Origin: an uncultured delta proteobacterium | GTDB lineage: Bacteria > Myxococcota > Myxococcia > Myxococcales > Myxococcaceae | Assembly: GCA_963771175.1 (NCBI GenBank) | Contig: CAVYSY010000031.1 | Coordinates: forward strand, 64,001-128,000 | Direction: 5' to 3' | DNA length: 64,000 nt | In this document: piece after piece, positions 21,459-31,994 of the stretch | Layout of the letters: each line of letters opens with the position of its first letter | Numbering within the stretch: the first letter of the stretch is position 1 | Notes under the pieces: model-generated | What the model was told of the DNA's origin: nothing | The model's input: the letters and a program-made list of their open reading frames with translations, nothing else | The model's database searches: none | Program-made: the position numbers and the translations under genes

Positions 21459-23069
21459 TCAGGGGCTCAGGAAGTTGGTGTTGCTGATGAACAGCCCCTC
21501 TTGTGGCAGCTCGTCGGCCCGGGCTCCCTTGTAGCGGAGCACGTAGAGGCCGCTGTTCTCGTCCGTGATGTAGAGGAGCCCGTTGTAGAGGATGGGGTGC
21601 GGCCACATCCACACGTCGGGGCTGTCGCGGAATGGCTCGACGACGTCCGTGGCGGGCTTGGGGACGAAGACGCCCACCTCGAGCGGCAGCACGGGGTTGG
21701 AGATGTCCCAGGCCCGCAGCCCGGCCGAGTACCAGGAGATGAAGAACAGGTTGGGAAAGACGAGCTGCTGGTGCGGAGAGAACTCACGCTGGAGCGCCGG
21801 GTCTCCTGGTCCGCCGACGAAGCAGTTGGCCTCCAGGTTTTCCGGGACGAGGTAGCGGGAGACGATCTGGGGAAAGCGCTCGACGGAGATGTCCAGGATG
21901 GTGCCCCAGCTCCAGGGGCAGGTCTCCGTGCCGTTCCGCTCGCCAGAGATGATGAGGTAGGGCCGGCCCGGGACGGGGTACACCGAGTGCTCGGTCCACC
22001 CGTAGGGGGGCGTGAAGTCCACCCGGGCGTTCGGATCCGGGTTGAGCTTGCGCAGGCAGAGGAGGGGGTCGGTGTTGCTCGTCTCGTCGACGGTGACGGT
22101 GTTGGGGGTGCAGAGCAGCCCCTGCGTCAGGCGCGAGCTGTCGAGGATGTAGTAGCCCCCGTGGATGTTGGCCACGTACGTCCGCGTCCCGTCCTTGGAG
22201 ACGGACATGGAGTGGACGTTGTTGCGCTGGATGGCTGGCCGCTCCGTATCGAAGATGAAGTGGTCATCCCGGTAGGCGCCCGGATCGATGGGCTCGGTGC
22301 GGGGCACGGCGGGCGTCAGCGTGAAGGTGGCCACCGGCGTGGGGCTGATGGGGCCTCGAGGGGGATTGAGGAGCTCGAACACCCGGAGCGATGGCTCCCT
22401 CACATCCCCCAGGTGGATGGACGAGAAGAGCAGGAAGCGCAGCGGGTTGCTCGGATCCCTCCACAGGAAGAACTCGTGCGGCCGATCGACGCCCAGCGGG
22501 AGGGTCTGCGTGAGGACCGGATGGCGGCAGTCGGTGATGTCGTAGATTTGGTAGTTGTTCACCGTGCCGCTGTCGGGCCCCGTGTCCCGGAAGTTCATGA
22601 CGATGAGGGTGTTCAGGTCGGGGATGGTGCGCAGCTCGCGAGACGTGGCGTTGAGGATGGTGGGCAGTGCCCCCACCACCTCGGGCTCGCTCGGGTCGCT
22701 GATGTCCACGATGAGGATCTCCGGCGGCAGCGCGGGCGAGCCGAACGCCGGGCCCGTCCCCGGACGGCGCCCGATGCGGCTGCCGACGTAGAGACAGTCG
22801 CCGGAGATGCCGATGGGCCCGTTACGACCCCTCGGCCGGGTGTCCCCGGGGTTGGGCAGCGGGTTGTGGCCGATGACCTTGAAGTTCTCGATCTGCGGCA
22901 GTTCGTCGAGCGGCTCCCGGAGCGCCCCGATGATGGGCCTCGGCGCCTTCTTGAAGGGTGTGTCGACGACCTGGGGCGGACGCGGGGGCCTCGAGCCACC
23001 GGACCCTGGGCGGTGCGAGCACCCGGCGGGGAGGAACAGCAGCGCGAGCAACACGGTGCGCCAGAGCAT
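21459..23069 (-). CDS. LVIVD-repeat beta-propeller lipoprotein
   Basis: Lipobox PAGC; repeats ILIVDISDP, LRAWDISNP, LYITDENSGLYVL. Confidence 0.75.
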   Translation of the reverse strand: MLWRTVLLALLFLPAGCSHRPGSGGSRPPRPPQVVDTPFKKAPRPIIGALREPLDELPQIENFKVIGHNPLPNPGDTRPRGRNGPIGISGDCLYVGSRIGRRPGTGPAFGSPALPPEILIVDISDPSEPEVVGALPTILNATSRELRTIPDLNTLIVMNFRDTGPDSGTVNNYQIYDITDCRHPVLTQTLPLGVDRPHEFFLWRDPSNPLRFLLFSSIHLGDVREPSLRVFELLNPPRGPISPTPVATFTLTPAVPRTEPIDPGAYRDDHFIFDTERPAIQRNNVHSMSVSKDGTRTYVANIHGGYYILDSSRLTQGLLCTPNTVTVDETSNTDPLLCLRKLNPDPNARVDFTPPYGWTEHSVYPVPGRPYLIISGERNGTETCPWSWGTILDISVERFPQIVSRYLVPENLEANCFVGGPGDPALQREFSPHQQLVFPNLFFISWYSAGLRAWDISNPVLPLEVGVFVPKPATDVVEPFRDSPDVWMWPHPILYNGLLYITDENSGLYVLRYKGARADELPQEGLFISNTNFLSP

Positions 23070-23217
23070 GACCATGCCCCTGGCCATGGCGGCGGAGTTC
23101 CCTCTCGGCATATGGCTTCCCTCATGGGAGACACGCAACCGTCCGGCTCTCCGCCGGCTCTCGCCAGCGAGCGTGGAAGCTGCACCCCCCCGTACAGGCG
23201 TTGTGAGGGGCACCCTA

Positions 23218-23233
23218 CTGGCATCGTTTCCGC
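23218..23233 (+). promoter_or_regulatory. possible sigma54 -24/-12 promoter for the BamA-like gene
   Basis: CTGGCATCGTTTCCGC has GG-N10-GC spacing about 160 bp upstream of 23392; weak -12 element. Confidence 0.3.
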
Positions 23234-23391
23234 GTGACGATGCGACCCGGGTGGGAAACACGTGTCAGAATCACATCACCTCCGCCACATCGGGATGTGA
23301 AGATGACATCCACCCGGAAGACCGGGCACTGTGCTTTCGCGCACTTGCATCGCTCGGCGACCTGGAACGCCACGTGCTCCCTCCGTCTCGT

Positions 23392-25797
23392 ATGAACCGC
23401 ATCGCACTCCTTCTCTGCTTCCTCTCCCTCGCGGCGAGCGCCCAGGGCACCCCCGATGCCGGCCCCCCAGCGCCCTCCGACGCCGGCACTCCGGTGACCC
23501 TCGCTCCAGCAGACTCCGGCACGCCCGAGGCCTCTGGCCCGAAGGACGACACGACCTCCCTGGCCACGGCCTCCCAGGAGTCCTCGCGAGAGGAGGACCC
23601 GTGCCTCTCCGATGACGAGGAGGATGAAGACGAGGGTGACTCCGAGGTGCTCGGCGCGCTGCGACTGAGCATCAACGGGGAGACGCGCGCGCTGGCGGGC
23701 GTGGAGCTCAAGGGACTCGAGCGGCTCTCCGAGCAGCAGGTGCGCACCCTGGCCCGAATTCCCAGCAAGGGTCCGCTCTCCCCCGAGCGGGCCGCGGTCG
23801 CACTCAAGCGGCTGGCGCGCACGGGACTCTTCGCGAAGGTGACGCCCACGGTGCGGCTCGCGGAGGGCACGACGCCGACCCTGGTGGTGACCCTGCAGGA
23901 GCACCCCTACCTCACGGGCGTGGACATCCAGGGCCTGCACGCGGACGAGCTGAGGGATCTCCAGGACGACATGTTCCGGCTCCCCCCGTACGCCTCGGAG
24001 GACGAGGAGGAGGAAGACGACGAGGATGACGACGACACGGTGACCAGCGTGCGCATCGAGGCGGGGCGCGGCCGACTGGTCTTCACCGCGGAGACCTGCC
24101 CGACGCCGACGCCGCCGAGGGAGCTGCTGGCCCACTTCCAGAAGGGCGGGTTCCACCCGGGCCTCGTGTGGAAGGGCCTGCCCGCGGCGCTGGAGCGCGC
24201 GGTGGACGAGCTCCAGGACGAGGGCTACCAGCTCGCGAGCCTCGACGCGACGCTGACACCGGACGGGCGGCTGGAGGTGCGGGTGGACCCGGGGACGGTG
24301 GAGGCGGTGGAGGTGCGAGGCGTGGACGAGGTGGTGGCGCAGCGGGTGCGCGAGGTGCTGGGCATCCAGCCCGGGGACGTCCTGCTGCGCAGCGACCTGC
24401 GCCGAGCGGCGAAGCGAGTGGAGGCGGAGCTGCCCTTCCTGTCGCTGTGGGACGTGGAGACGCTGCCCGCGCCGGCCATGCGCTTCGTGGAGGAGCTCGA
24501 CGAGAGCGGTGTGAGGCACTACCGCCCGGTGGCGGAGGAGCAGCGGCGCAAGAAGAAGAAGACCTGGGAGAAGGACGTCGAGCTGACCTGGGAGACGCTC
24601 ACGGAGCAGTGGGACGAGAAGACCGGGGACGCCATCACGACCGAGGGCCGGCGCGTGGTGGTGTACGTGCGCCCGCGCGGCCCCGCCTTCGACGTCGACC
24701 TCATCCCCATGCACACGCAGGTGACGGGCTTCGCGCCGGGCCTGTCCACCTCGCTCACGTTGTGGGACGTGCGCAACCGGGCACACCTGGTGCTGGACGG
24801 CGCGCTGACCATCCCGCTGCGGTGGGGCGGCCAGCAGATTCCGGGGGACCCCGAGCAGACGCGGTTCCAGCGGCGGCTCAACTGGCTGGCGGGTGCGAAG
24901 GTGCAGGTGCCGGTGCTGCGGCTCGCCGAGGTGGGGGCCCAGGTCTACGACTTCACGGACACGTTCGACCGGTGGCGGCTGGGAGCCATCGACTCGTTCC
25001 TCTACTCCGCCTTGCTCAACCGTCCGGACGCGGAGTACTTCCGGCGCAGCGGCTACACGGCTTTCGCCACCTGGCGCTTCGGGACGAAGTGGCTCGCCGG
25101 GGCGGAGTACCGGCGGGACGACTACGACTCGCTGGTGAGCTTTACCCCTCCGTTCTCCCTCTTCCGGCGCGACTCGGCGCCCTTCCCCAACCCGGCGGTG
25201 GACGAGGGACGAATGACCTCGATGGTGGGCCGGGTCGAGTTCGCGAGCGACGCGGTGCGGGCCGAGGGAGTGGGCTCGCTCTCCCGGAGCCCCGAGCTGT
25301 CGCTGCTGCGGCACGACTGGGAGTGGCCGGAGCGCACGGCGTTGCGCAGCCTGCTGACGGTGGAGGTGGGCAGCCCCGCGCTGGGCGGAGACCTTCAATT
25401 CCGGTTCTGGAAGGTGGTGAGCGACAGCGTGCTGTACGCGAGCACGGGCCGTGATGCCGGCCTGCGACTGCGCCTGCGCGTGGCGGGAGGCGAGGACCTG
25501 CCGATGCAGAAGCGGGAGGCGCTGGGCGGTTGGGACGCGCTGCGCGGCTACTCCTTCAAGGAGTTCCGGGGCGATGCCTCGCTGCTCGCGAGCGCGGAGT
25601 ACCGGTGGGGCTTCGTCGGAGCCTTCGCGGACGTGGGAGCGGTGCACCGGGGCGAGGCGGGCTGGATGGACCCTCGGCTGGGCGTGGGCGCGCAGCTCTA
25701 CTTCGGTGACACGACGCGCTTCACGGTGGCGTGGCGCACGGACGAGCAGGCGTCCATCACCCCCGAGGCGCGGCTGCTCTTCGTCCGGCCCTTCTGA
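23392..25797 (+). CDS. BamA/TamA (Omp85)-family outer membrane protein with POTRA domains
   Basis: Signal peptide; POTRA-like GLERLSEQQV...TGLFAKV; LGGWDALRGYS motif; C-terminal Phe. Confidence 0.8.
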   Translation: MNRIALLLCFLSLAASAQGTPDAGPPAPSDAGTPVTLAPADSGTPEASGPKDDTTSLATASQESSREEDPCLSDDEEDEDEGDSEVLGALRLSINGETRALAGVELKGLERLSEQQVRTLARIPSKGPLSPERAAVALKRLARTGLFAKVTPTVRLAEGTTPTLVVTLQEHPYLTGVDIQGLHADELRDLQDDMFRLPPYASEDEEEEDDEDDDDTVTSVRIEAGRGRLVFTAETCPTPTPPRELLAHFQKGGFHPGLVWKGLPAALERAVDELQDEGYQLASLDATLTPDGRLEVRVDPGTVEAVEVRGVDEVVAQRVREVLGIQPGDVLLRSDLRRAAKRVEAELPFLSLWDVETLPAPAMRFVEELDESGVRHYRPVAEEQRRKKKKTWEKDVELTWETLTEQWDEKTGDAITTEGRRVVVYVRPRGPAFDVDLIPMHTQVTGFAPGLSTSLTLWDVRNRAHLVLDGALTIPLRWGGQQIPGDPEQTRFQRRLNWLAGAKVQVPVLRLAEVGAQVYDFTDTFDRWRLGAIDSFLYSALLNRPDAEYFRRSGYTAFATWRFGTKWLAGAEYRRDDYDSLVSFTPPFSLFRRDSAPFPNPAVDEGRMTSMVGRVEFASDAVRAEGVGSLSRSPELSLLRHDWEWPERTALRSLLTVEVGSPALGGDLQFRFWKVVSDSVLYASTGRDAGLRLRLRVAGGEDLPMQKREALGGWDALRGYSFKEFRGDASLLASAEYRWGFVGAFADVGAVHRGEAGWMDPRLGVGAQLYFGDTTRFTVAWRTDEQASITPEARLLFVRPF

Positions 25798-25803
25798 GGC
25801 ACC

Positions 25804-26406
25804 ATGAGGGCACCCGGCACGAGCACGAGCAGGAGACACCTCGCGGCGCTGGTGGCCGCGGTGGGCCTGCTCGCGCCCCGGGCCTGGGCGGAAGAGCCAC
25901 CGCGAGTGACGTGCTCGGCGACGCGGGTGGGGCGCCGCGTGGTGGTGCGGCCCGAGGCGCTCGCGCTGGTGGCACCCGAGCTGGAGCGGTTGATGCGGCT
26001 GGGACTGGCGGGGCGGCTGGAAGTGGAGCTGCGGCTGCTACGACCCCGGCCGCTGTGGTTCTCCGAGCAGGTGGACAGGACACGACTGACTCAGGTGCTG
26101 GCGTACACGAAGGGAAGCGCCTGGGTGCTGGACGACAGACCACTCGCCTCACCGAGGACGCTGGAGCTGGAGCGGGTGGCGTGGGTGCTGGAGGAGGCGC
26201 CGGAGGAAGACGATGCCTTCGTGGTGGAGGTGGGGGTGCGGCTGCAGGTGGTGACCACGGCGAGCCTGGGGAAGGTGGCGCAGTGGCTCACACAGGGGGA
26301 GAAGACGGAGGCGGAGCGCTCGGCGCTGACGCGGGGCCTGCTGCGCACGGTGGCCGAAGACCTGACGAGCGGAGCCGAGGGCCGCTGCACCGTCCAGCCG
26401 ACCTGA
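25804..26406 (+). CDS. exported DUF4390-like protein
   Basis: Signal peptide; ELERLMRLGL...RPRPLWFSEQV pattern; context with NtrY/X-like pair. Confidence 0.55.
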   Translation: MRAPGTSTSRRHLAALVAAVGLLAPRAWAEEPPRVTCSATRVGRRVVVRPEALALVAPELERLMRLGLAGRLEVELRLLRPRPLWFSEQVDRTRLTQVLAYTKGSAWVLDDRPLASPRTLELERVAWVLEEAPEEDDAFVVEVGVRLQVVTTASLGKVAQWLTQGEKTEAERSALTRGLLRTVAEDLTSGAEGRCTVQPT

Positions 26407-26428
26407 CGTCAAGAGGCCTGGGTCCTGC

Positions 26429-27344
26429 TCAGGGGCGGAGGATGGCATCCATCGGCACCTGGTGCGCCATGGCTTCGCGCCGCGCCGCCACCCGGCTCCA
26501 CCCGAAGGAGAGCCCCAGCACCACCAGCACCAGCGGCACCGCGCACAGCAGGTCCGTCGCGTAGTGGAAGCGCCCCACCAGCGTGCCCGTGATGAGACCC
26601 AGGCCCGGCAGCAACATCACCCGGAAGAGGCGCCGCTCGAAGCGGAAGGCATACACCAACACCAGCAGGGTGACTCCGGTGTGCCCCGAGGGAAAGCAGT
26701 CCTTCGCGAAGGGCGGCGTGCGCATCACCGAGTCCAGGAAGGACGTGAGCCACGGCCCCTGCAACGGCTCGGAGAACTGGTGGAAGAGGAAGTAGCGCGG
26801 GCCGATGGCTGGCACCAACGCGTAGCTGAAGTAGTTGAAGGCGAAGAGCAGGCTGAGCGCCAGCAGGTACTCGTCGAAGACCTCGCGGCGCCCCGAGAAG
26901 TACAGCACCACGGCGAGCGCGACCGCCCAGACGAAGTGGCCGTAGTAGCAGACCATCAGAATCTCGGTGAGCCACGGGGAGACGAGTTGCCCGAGCTCCG
27001 ACCGAGGCCTGCGCGCCGAACAACCGCTGGTCCATGGCCGCGAGCTGGGCATCGCGCAGCACCGGGGTGACGGCGATCACCAGCGGTTTCATCATCTCGT
27101 GGCCGAGGCTCAACACCGGCAGCAGCCAGAAGGAGGCCACGAAGGCCAGCATCCGCTGTCGCGGGAAGGTGGCCTCCAGTGTGCGCAGCACCAGGGGGCC
27201 GAGCGCGAAGAGAGCGAAATGGACGGCGGCTCTCTCGGCTCCGGGAGCCCAACGCGCTGGCCCTACGAGCGCCAGGGCCGCCAGCGAGCACGACACCAGG
27301 ATGACGAGGTCCACGCCTCTCAGGTGGACGTCCCGACCAGTCAC
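26429..27344 (-). CDS. PAP2-family membrane phosphatase/phosphotransferase (frameshift near 27000)
   Basis: PAIGPRY, DCFPSGH, GRFHYATD motifs; multiple TMs. Confidence 0.85.
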
Positions 27345-27366
27345 GCTTCATCCCCCACAATGAGCT

Positions 27367-27837
27367 TCATTCGCGAAGGGACGGCTCGCTGAGGCAGGCT
27401 TCCTCGTACTCCCAGCGCTCCGAGGTATTGTCCGCATCGAGCAAATGCTTCACTGCGTCCAGCGAGACCGAAAGGGGGACATCGACAGCGAAGAGATTCG
27501 GAATGTGACTCTGCTCGGTGGCACACCCGAGCTCCTCCAGCTTATGACGGAGAACAGGAGCATCGGACTCTTCGTAGGCGATGACGCGCAGCGTGCTGTG
27601 CCCAGAGGGCCGGACGACCTCGACGAAGCCGAGCGAGCCATCGTCCTTCCTGACGGCCGAGACGACATCCTCGTAGGCAACTCCGCGTGCGAAGAAGGGA
27701 ATGTTGCCAAGACGATACAGTCCTTGCGCGACCGGCGTTGCCCATACGCTTTCACAGGTCACGGGCGGATAGCCGTCCTCATCCTGCTGTAGCTCGAAGA
27801 GGATTTTGACGAGGTTCTCGGAATTGTCGCTAGCCAT
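27367..27837 (-). CDS. DUF4265-like protein, putative immunity
   Basis: ESVWA...YRLGNIPFFARGVAYEDVV...PSGHSTLRV...FAVDVP; follows HNH ORF. Confidence 0.75.
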   Translation of the reverse strand: MASDNSENLVKILFELQQDEDGYPPVTCESVWATPVAQGLYRLGNIPFFARGVAYEDVVSAVRKDDGSLGFVEVVRPSGHSTLRVIAYEESDAPVLRHKLEELGCATEQSHIPNLFAVDVPLSVSLDAVKHLLDADNTSERWEYEEACLSEPSLRE

Positions 27838-27845
27838 TCCGTGCC

Positions 27846-28355
27846 TCACTGGGGATTGTCGCTCTTCTTGAGGTTGCAGTCACGGCATAGCACCTGTCCA
27901 TTCGAGGCGTCGCCCTTGCCGCCCTGGGCTTTCGGTATGACATGGTCGACATGGGCCTCATTGGAGGGGGGAGTAGTGCCCTTGACGTGCTTCTGGCCTG
28001 GAACTGTTTCTGTTTTGCAGTTCTCGCAGATGATCTTTCCGTCGTTTTTTGCTGCATTCTTCTCTTTGACGAGGGACTTCCCCTTCTTGGTGAAGTTGAG
28101 ACTGCTCTTCCCCTTTCCGGCAACTGCTCCGGAAGGAGCCATCCCCAGCTCGTCAGCACCGGTGTCTGGTAGAGGCGCCCAGGCGGAGGCCGGAGCAGAC
28201 AGCGAGTTGGAATCGATTTCCGGCGAAAGGTCTCTTGCCACGCATGAGCGAGCGCTCGCGCCATGCGCTTGGGCTGGAACATGAGCGAATCCCTGCGCTT
28301 CAATCGAGAGCAGCAGAGGGAGCAGGCGCAGGCCGAAGAGAACGTATGGGAGCAT
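27846..28355 (-). CDS. HNH endonuclease with N-terminal signal-like peptide (putative toxin)
   Basis: CENC...HVDHVIPKAQGG...NGQVLCRDCN; AT-richer sequence. Confidence 0.8.
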   Translation of the reverse strand: MLPYVLFGLRLLPLLLSIEAQGFAHVPAQAHGASARSCVARDLSPEIDSNSLSAPASAWAPLPDTGADELGMAPSGAVAGKGKSSLNFTKKGKSLVKEKNAAKNDGKIICENCKTETVPGQKHVKGTTPPSNEAHVDHVIPKAQGGKGDASNGQVLCRDCNLKKSDNPQ

Positions 28356-28436
28356 GCCTTGAGGGTATCAGGCGGGCTCCTCACTGCTGGCGAGTATCAT
28401 TCGACTCGCGCAGCTCTCTTCAAGAGGGTGCATCCC

Positions 28437-30072
28437 TCAGAGCCAACTCGGAGCGGAGCGCCCCAGTCCCCTCAAGGCCCGCTCCGCTGCCCTCACGCCA
28501 AACCAGTTGGCCTCCTCGAAGAGGGCCATGCCCCCCAGGTCCGAGTGCGCGAAGTGCAGCGCCTCCCCCAGGCTCTCCTGCGCCGCGAAGCGCGCCGGCC
28601 CCCACATGAAACCCGGAGAGGGGCGCACCATCGCGTGCCCCCAGCGCATCACCTCCAGGCGACGGGCCTGCTCGGCGATGCCCGGGTGCGCGGCCATCAG
28701 GTCCGCCATCACCAGCCCCTCCCACTTGGCGTAGCCGGCGGAGAGCACCTTCTGGCGCTCGGCCTTCGCGTCCAGTCCGGCCATGGGCAGGTACCAGGTG
28801 AGCACCGTGGGCCCGCGCTCGTCCATGCGCAGCGACTGGTGCGTGGCCACCACGTAGCCCAGGCTACGGCTCTCGTAGAAGACGTTGTCCCACGCCAGCG
28901 GGAAGCCCCGGGAGCGAGGCAGCTCCGCGAGCGTCAGGTTGGCCACCACCCACGGTCCGTACTGGAAGGCTCCCAGCCACTCGGGGCGCTTCTCCCGCCA
29001 CGGCGCAACCACGTGCGCCGCGACGAAGCGCGGACAGGCCAGCACCACCTGCCGAGCCCGGAACGCCCGAGGTCTCCCCGTCCCCGCCTCCACCGCGTCC
29101 ACCCGGCAGCCCCCTTCCACGGGCTCCACCGAGTGCACCAGCACGTCCCGCTCCACCTGCCCCGCCGGCAGCGAGGACAGCAACTGCTTCACCAGTCGGC
29201 CGTTGCCCTCGGGCCAGCTCAGGAAACCCTCGCTGCGCTCGCCCTTCCCGTCCTGCCGCGCGGCGAAGTACCAGATGCCCGCCCAGGCGGAGACGCCCTC
29301 GGCCGTGGTGCCGTAGTCGTCCCGGCACGCGTAGTCCACCAGCCAGCGCAGCCTCGGCGAACGGAAGCCCTCCGCCTCCAGCCACTGCGCCATCGTCACC
29401 CGGTCGAGCGCCGTCCACTCCGCGTCGTCGCTGGAGAGCGCCGTGGGCACCGCGAAGGCCTTGCGCCCCTTCGCGTCCCGCGCCGCCCCGAAGGCATTCA
29501 TCCTCGCCTCGAAGCGCTCCAGCTCCGCGAGGTCCGCCGCGCTCGCCCCCGCGCGCAGGTAGAGGCCCTCGTACCACTCGCCCTTGTAGAAGAGACGCTC
29601 CTCGGGCTCGCGAATGAGCATCTCCTCGGCGAAGGTGGGGTAGCCCTCCGCGTCCACGCCCGTCACCGCGCCCATCTCGCGCAGCAGCCGCATCACCGGC
29701 CCGGCGTCCACCAGCGGGGCCGGCAGGTAGTGCGCGCCCCACGGGTACGCGGACACCTCGTTGCGCCCCGAGCGCGACGTGCCCCCCGGGCTCCGAGTCC
29801 AGCTCCACCACCCGCACGTCCTTCACGCCCGCGGCCGCCAGTCGCCACGCCGCGCTCAGGCCCGCCATGCCCGCGCCCACCACCAGCACGTCCACCGGCT
29901 GCGCTTCCGCCGCACGCGGCAGCGGGCCGCCCCGCAGCTTGTGTCCCACGTCCACGGCCCTGTCCACGATGGCCCCGGGCACCGGCTCGCGCGGACGCTC
30001 CCGCCGGCACGCACTGGCCGCCACCGCCGAGCCGAGGAACGCGGCGACGAGCTCCCGCCGCGTCAGTTCCAC
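28437..30072 (-). CDS. FAD-dependent amine-oxidase-like oxidoreductase (frameshift near 29785)
   Basis: TRRE Tat-like leader; [36 protein letters not shown]. Confidence 0.85.
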
Positions 30073-31574
30073 CGCCGACCACTCCTCCTCGTAGTAGTGG
30101 ACGAGCACCTGGTTGTTGAGCCGGTTCACCTCGGCCGGCAGCGGGCCCATGTCCGCGGGGAACTGGAAGAGCGTGGCCAGCGTGTCCTCGGACAGGAAGC
30201 GCAGCCCCTCGGGCAGCGGGCGGCGCTGCGGCGCGGGCCTCGTGGGCCACCAGCACGTAGCCCCACTCGCCGAAGGAGGGCACCAGCGCGTGGTACGGCT
30301 GCGTCCAGAAGCCCGCCGCCTTCAGCGTGGCGTCGATGCACCAGAAGGAGCGCCGGGCGAACGAGCGGCGAGGTGCTCTGCATGACGGCCACGCCCTCCG
30401 GCGCCAGCCGCGTCTTCAGCAGCTCGTAGAAGCGCGTGGTGTACAGCTTGCCCAGCGAGAAGTTGTTCGGGTCGGGGAAGTCCACGATGATGACGTCGCA
30501 GGTGTCGCTCCCCTCCGGCGAGGCACTGCATCGCGTCCGTCGTTGACGACGTGCATCCGCGGGTCGTCAGCGAGTGCGCGTTGAGCTCGGCCAGCTCGCC
30601 GTAGCGCGATGGCGAGCCCGGTCATCGCCGGGTCCAGGTCCACCAGGGTGACGTTCTGCACCTCGGGGTAGCGCAGCACCTCGCGCGCCGCGAGCCCGTC
30701 GCCGCCGCCGAGGATCAGCACCCGCTCCGCGCTGCCCGGCGCGCACCGATGCGCCGGGTGCACCAGGGCCTCGTGGTAGCGGTACTCGTCCACGCTGGAG
30801 AACTGCAGGTTGCCGTTGAGGAACAGCGAGAAGCCCGCGCTTGCTGCGCGTCACCACGATGCGCTGGTAGGGCGAGCTGCGTCGCGTGCACCACCTCGTC
30901 GGCGTAGAGCTGCTCCTCGGAGAAGGTCGTCATCCGGTCGCCCAGCACGAGCCCCACCACCAGCAGCAGGCTGAGCCCCACCGCCTTCACCCGCAGCCGC
31001 GCCGGGCTGGCCGAGCACGGGCGCCAGCAGCCAGGTGCTCCACAGGCCCACCAGCGCGTTGAGCAGGCCGAAGAGCAGCGAGGTGCGCACCAGCCCCAGC
31101 TTGGGCACGAAGAGCAGCGGGAAGGAGATGCTCGCCGCCAGCGCGCCCAGGTAGTCGAACGTCAGCACCTGGCTGACCAGGTCCTTGAACTGGAGCTGGT
31201 CCTTGAGGATGCGCAGCAGCAGGGGAATCTCCAGCCCCACCAGCGTGCCGATGACCAGCACCTCGCCGTAGAGCGCCACCCGGAAGACGTCGCGCGAGCG
31301 GCGAAGGTGAGGAAGAGCAGCGGCGCGGAGAAGCCGCCCACCAGCGCCACCGCCAGCTCGATCTCCACGAAGCGCTGGGCCACGCCCGCGCTCGATGAAG
31401 CGCGAGAGCCAGCGCGCCGATGCCCAGGGCGAAGAGGTAGACGCCGATGACGGTGGAGAACTGGGTGATGGAGTCGCCGAGCAGGTAGCTGGCGAGCGTG
31501 CCGACGATGAGCTCGTAGATGAGCCCGCACGTGGCGATGACGAGGACGGTGACGAAGAGGAGCGTCTTGTTCAC
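30063..31574 (-). CDS. speE: membrane-anchored polyamine aminopropyltransferase (multiple frameshifts)
   Basis: CGLIYEL TM domain; [38 protein letters not shown] across frames. Confidence 0.88.
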
Positions 31575-31599
31575 GCGGGTACTGCCTGCGACGAGGGCA

Positions 31600-31833
31600 T
31601 CAGCCCGAGATGGCCGCGGCCACGATGATGGCCAGGCCGATGATGAAGGAGCCCATGACGATGCCGAGGGCCGTGTTCTGATCGACCTCGATTTCCTTGT
31701 GCACGTCGAACGGCATGATGAGCCGGAACACGAACAGGCCCGCCACGAACACCGCCAGCCCGATGAGCGAGTACACGACGCTCGCCACCAGGTTGTCCAC
31801 GTTCACCACCACTGCGAGCAGCCCCATCAGCAT
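31600..31833 (-). CDS. DUF350 membrane protein
   Basis: [19 protein letters not shown]...IIVAAAI. Confidence 0.85.
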   Translation of the reverse strand: MLMGLLAVVVNVDNLVASVVYSLIGLAVFVAGLFVFRLIMPFDVHKEIEVDQNTALGIVMGSFIIGLAIIVAAAISG

Positions 31834-31982
31834 CACTTCCCTCCCATGAAACCGCCGGTCCAGGTGCGCACTCCACCGCCGCGCGTGCCCGTCTGACCCC
31901 GCTGCGCGCGGGTGAAGGGCTCCCAGCCAGAGAACGCCACCACGGCGTAGACCAGCACGATGATTCCACCGATGTACTTCAT
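31833..31982 (-). CDS. 49-aa membrane peptide ending GGFMGGK (absent from ORF track)
   Basis: Read manually: MKYIGGIIVLVYAVVAFSGWEPFTRAQRGQTGTRGGGVRTWTGGFMGGK; GGAGG upstream; TGATG coupling to DUF350. Confidence 0.8.
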   Translation of the reverse strand: MKYIGGIIVLVYAVVAFSGWEPFTRAQRGQTGTRGGGVRTWTGGFMGGK

Positions 31983-31994
31983 GGCCACCCTCCC

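Noticed and set aside
28864..30150. In-frame fusion of SpeE to the oxidase
   Set aside because: Removing one base near 30080 restores EEEWRRWN* overlapping the oxidase start; likely an indel error
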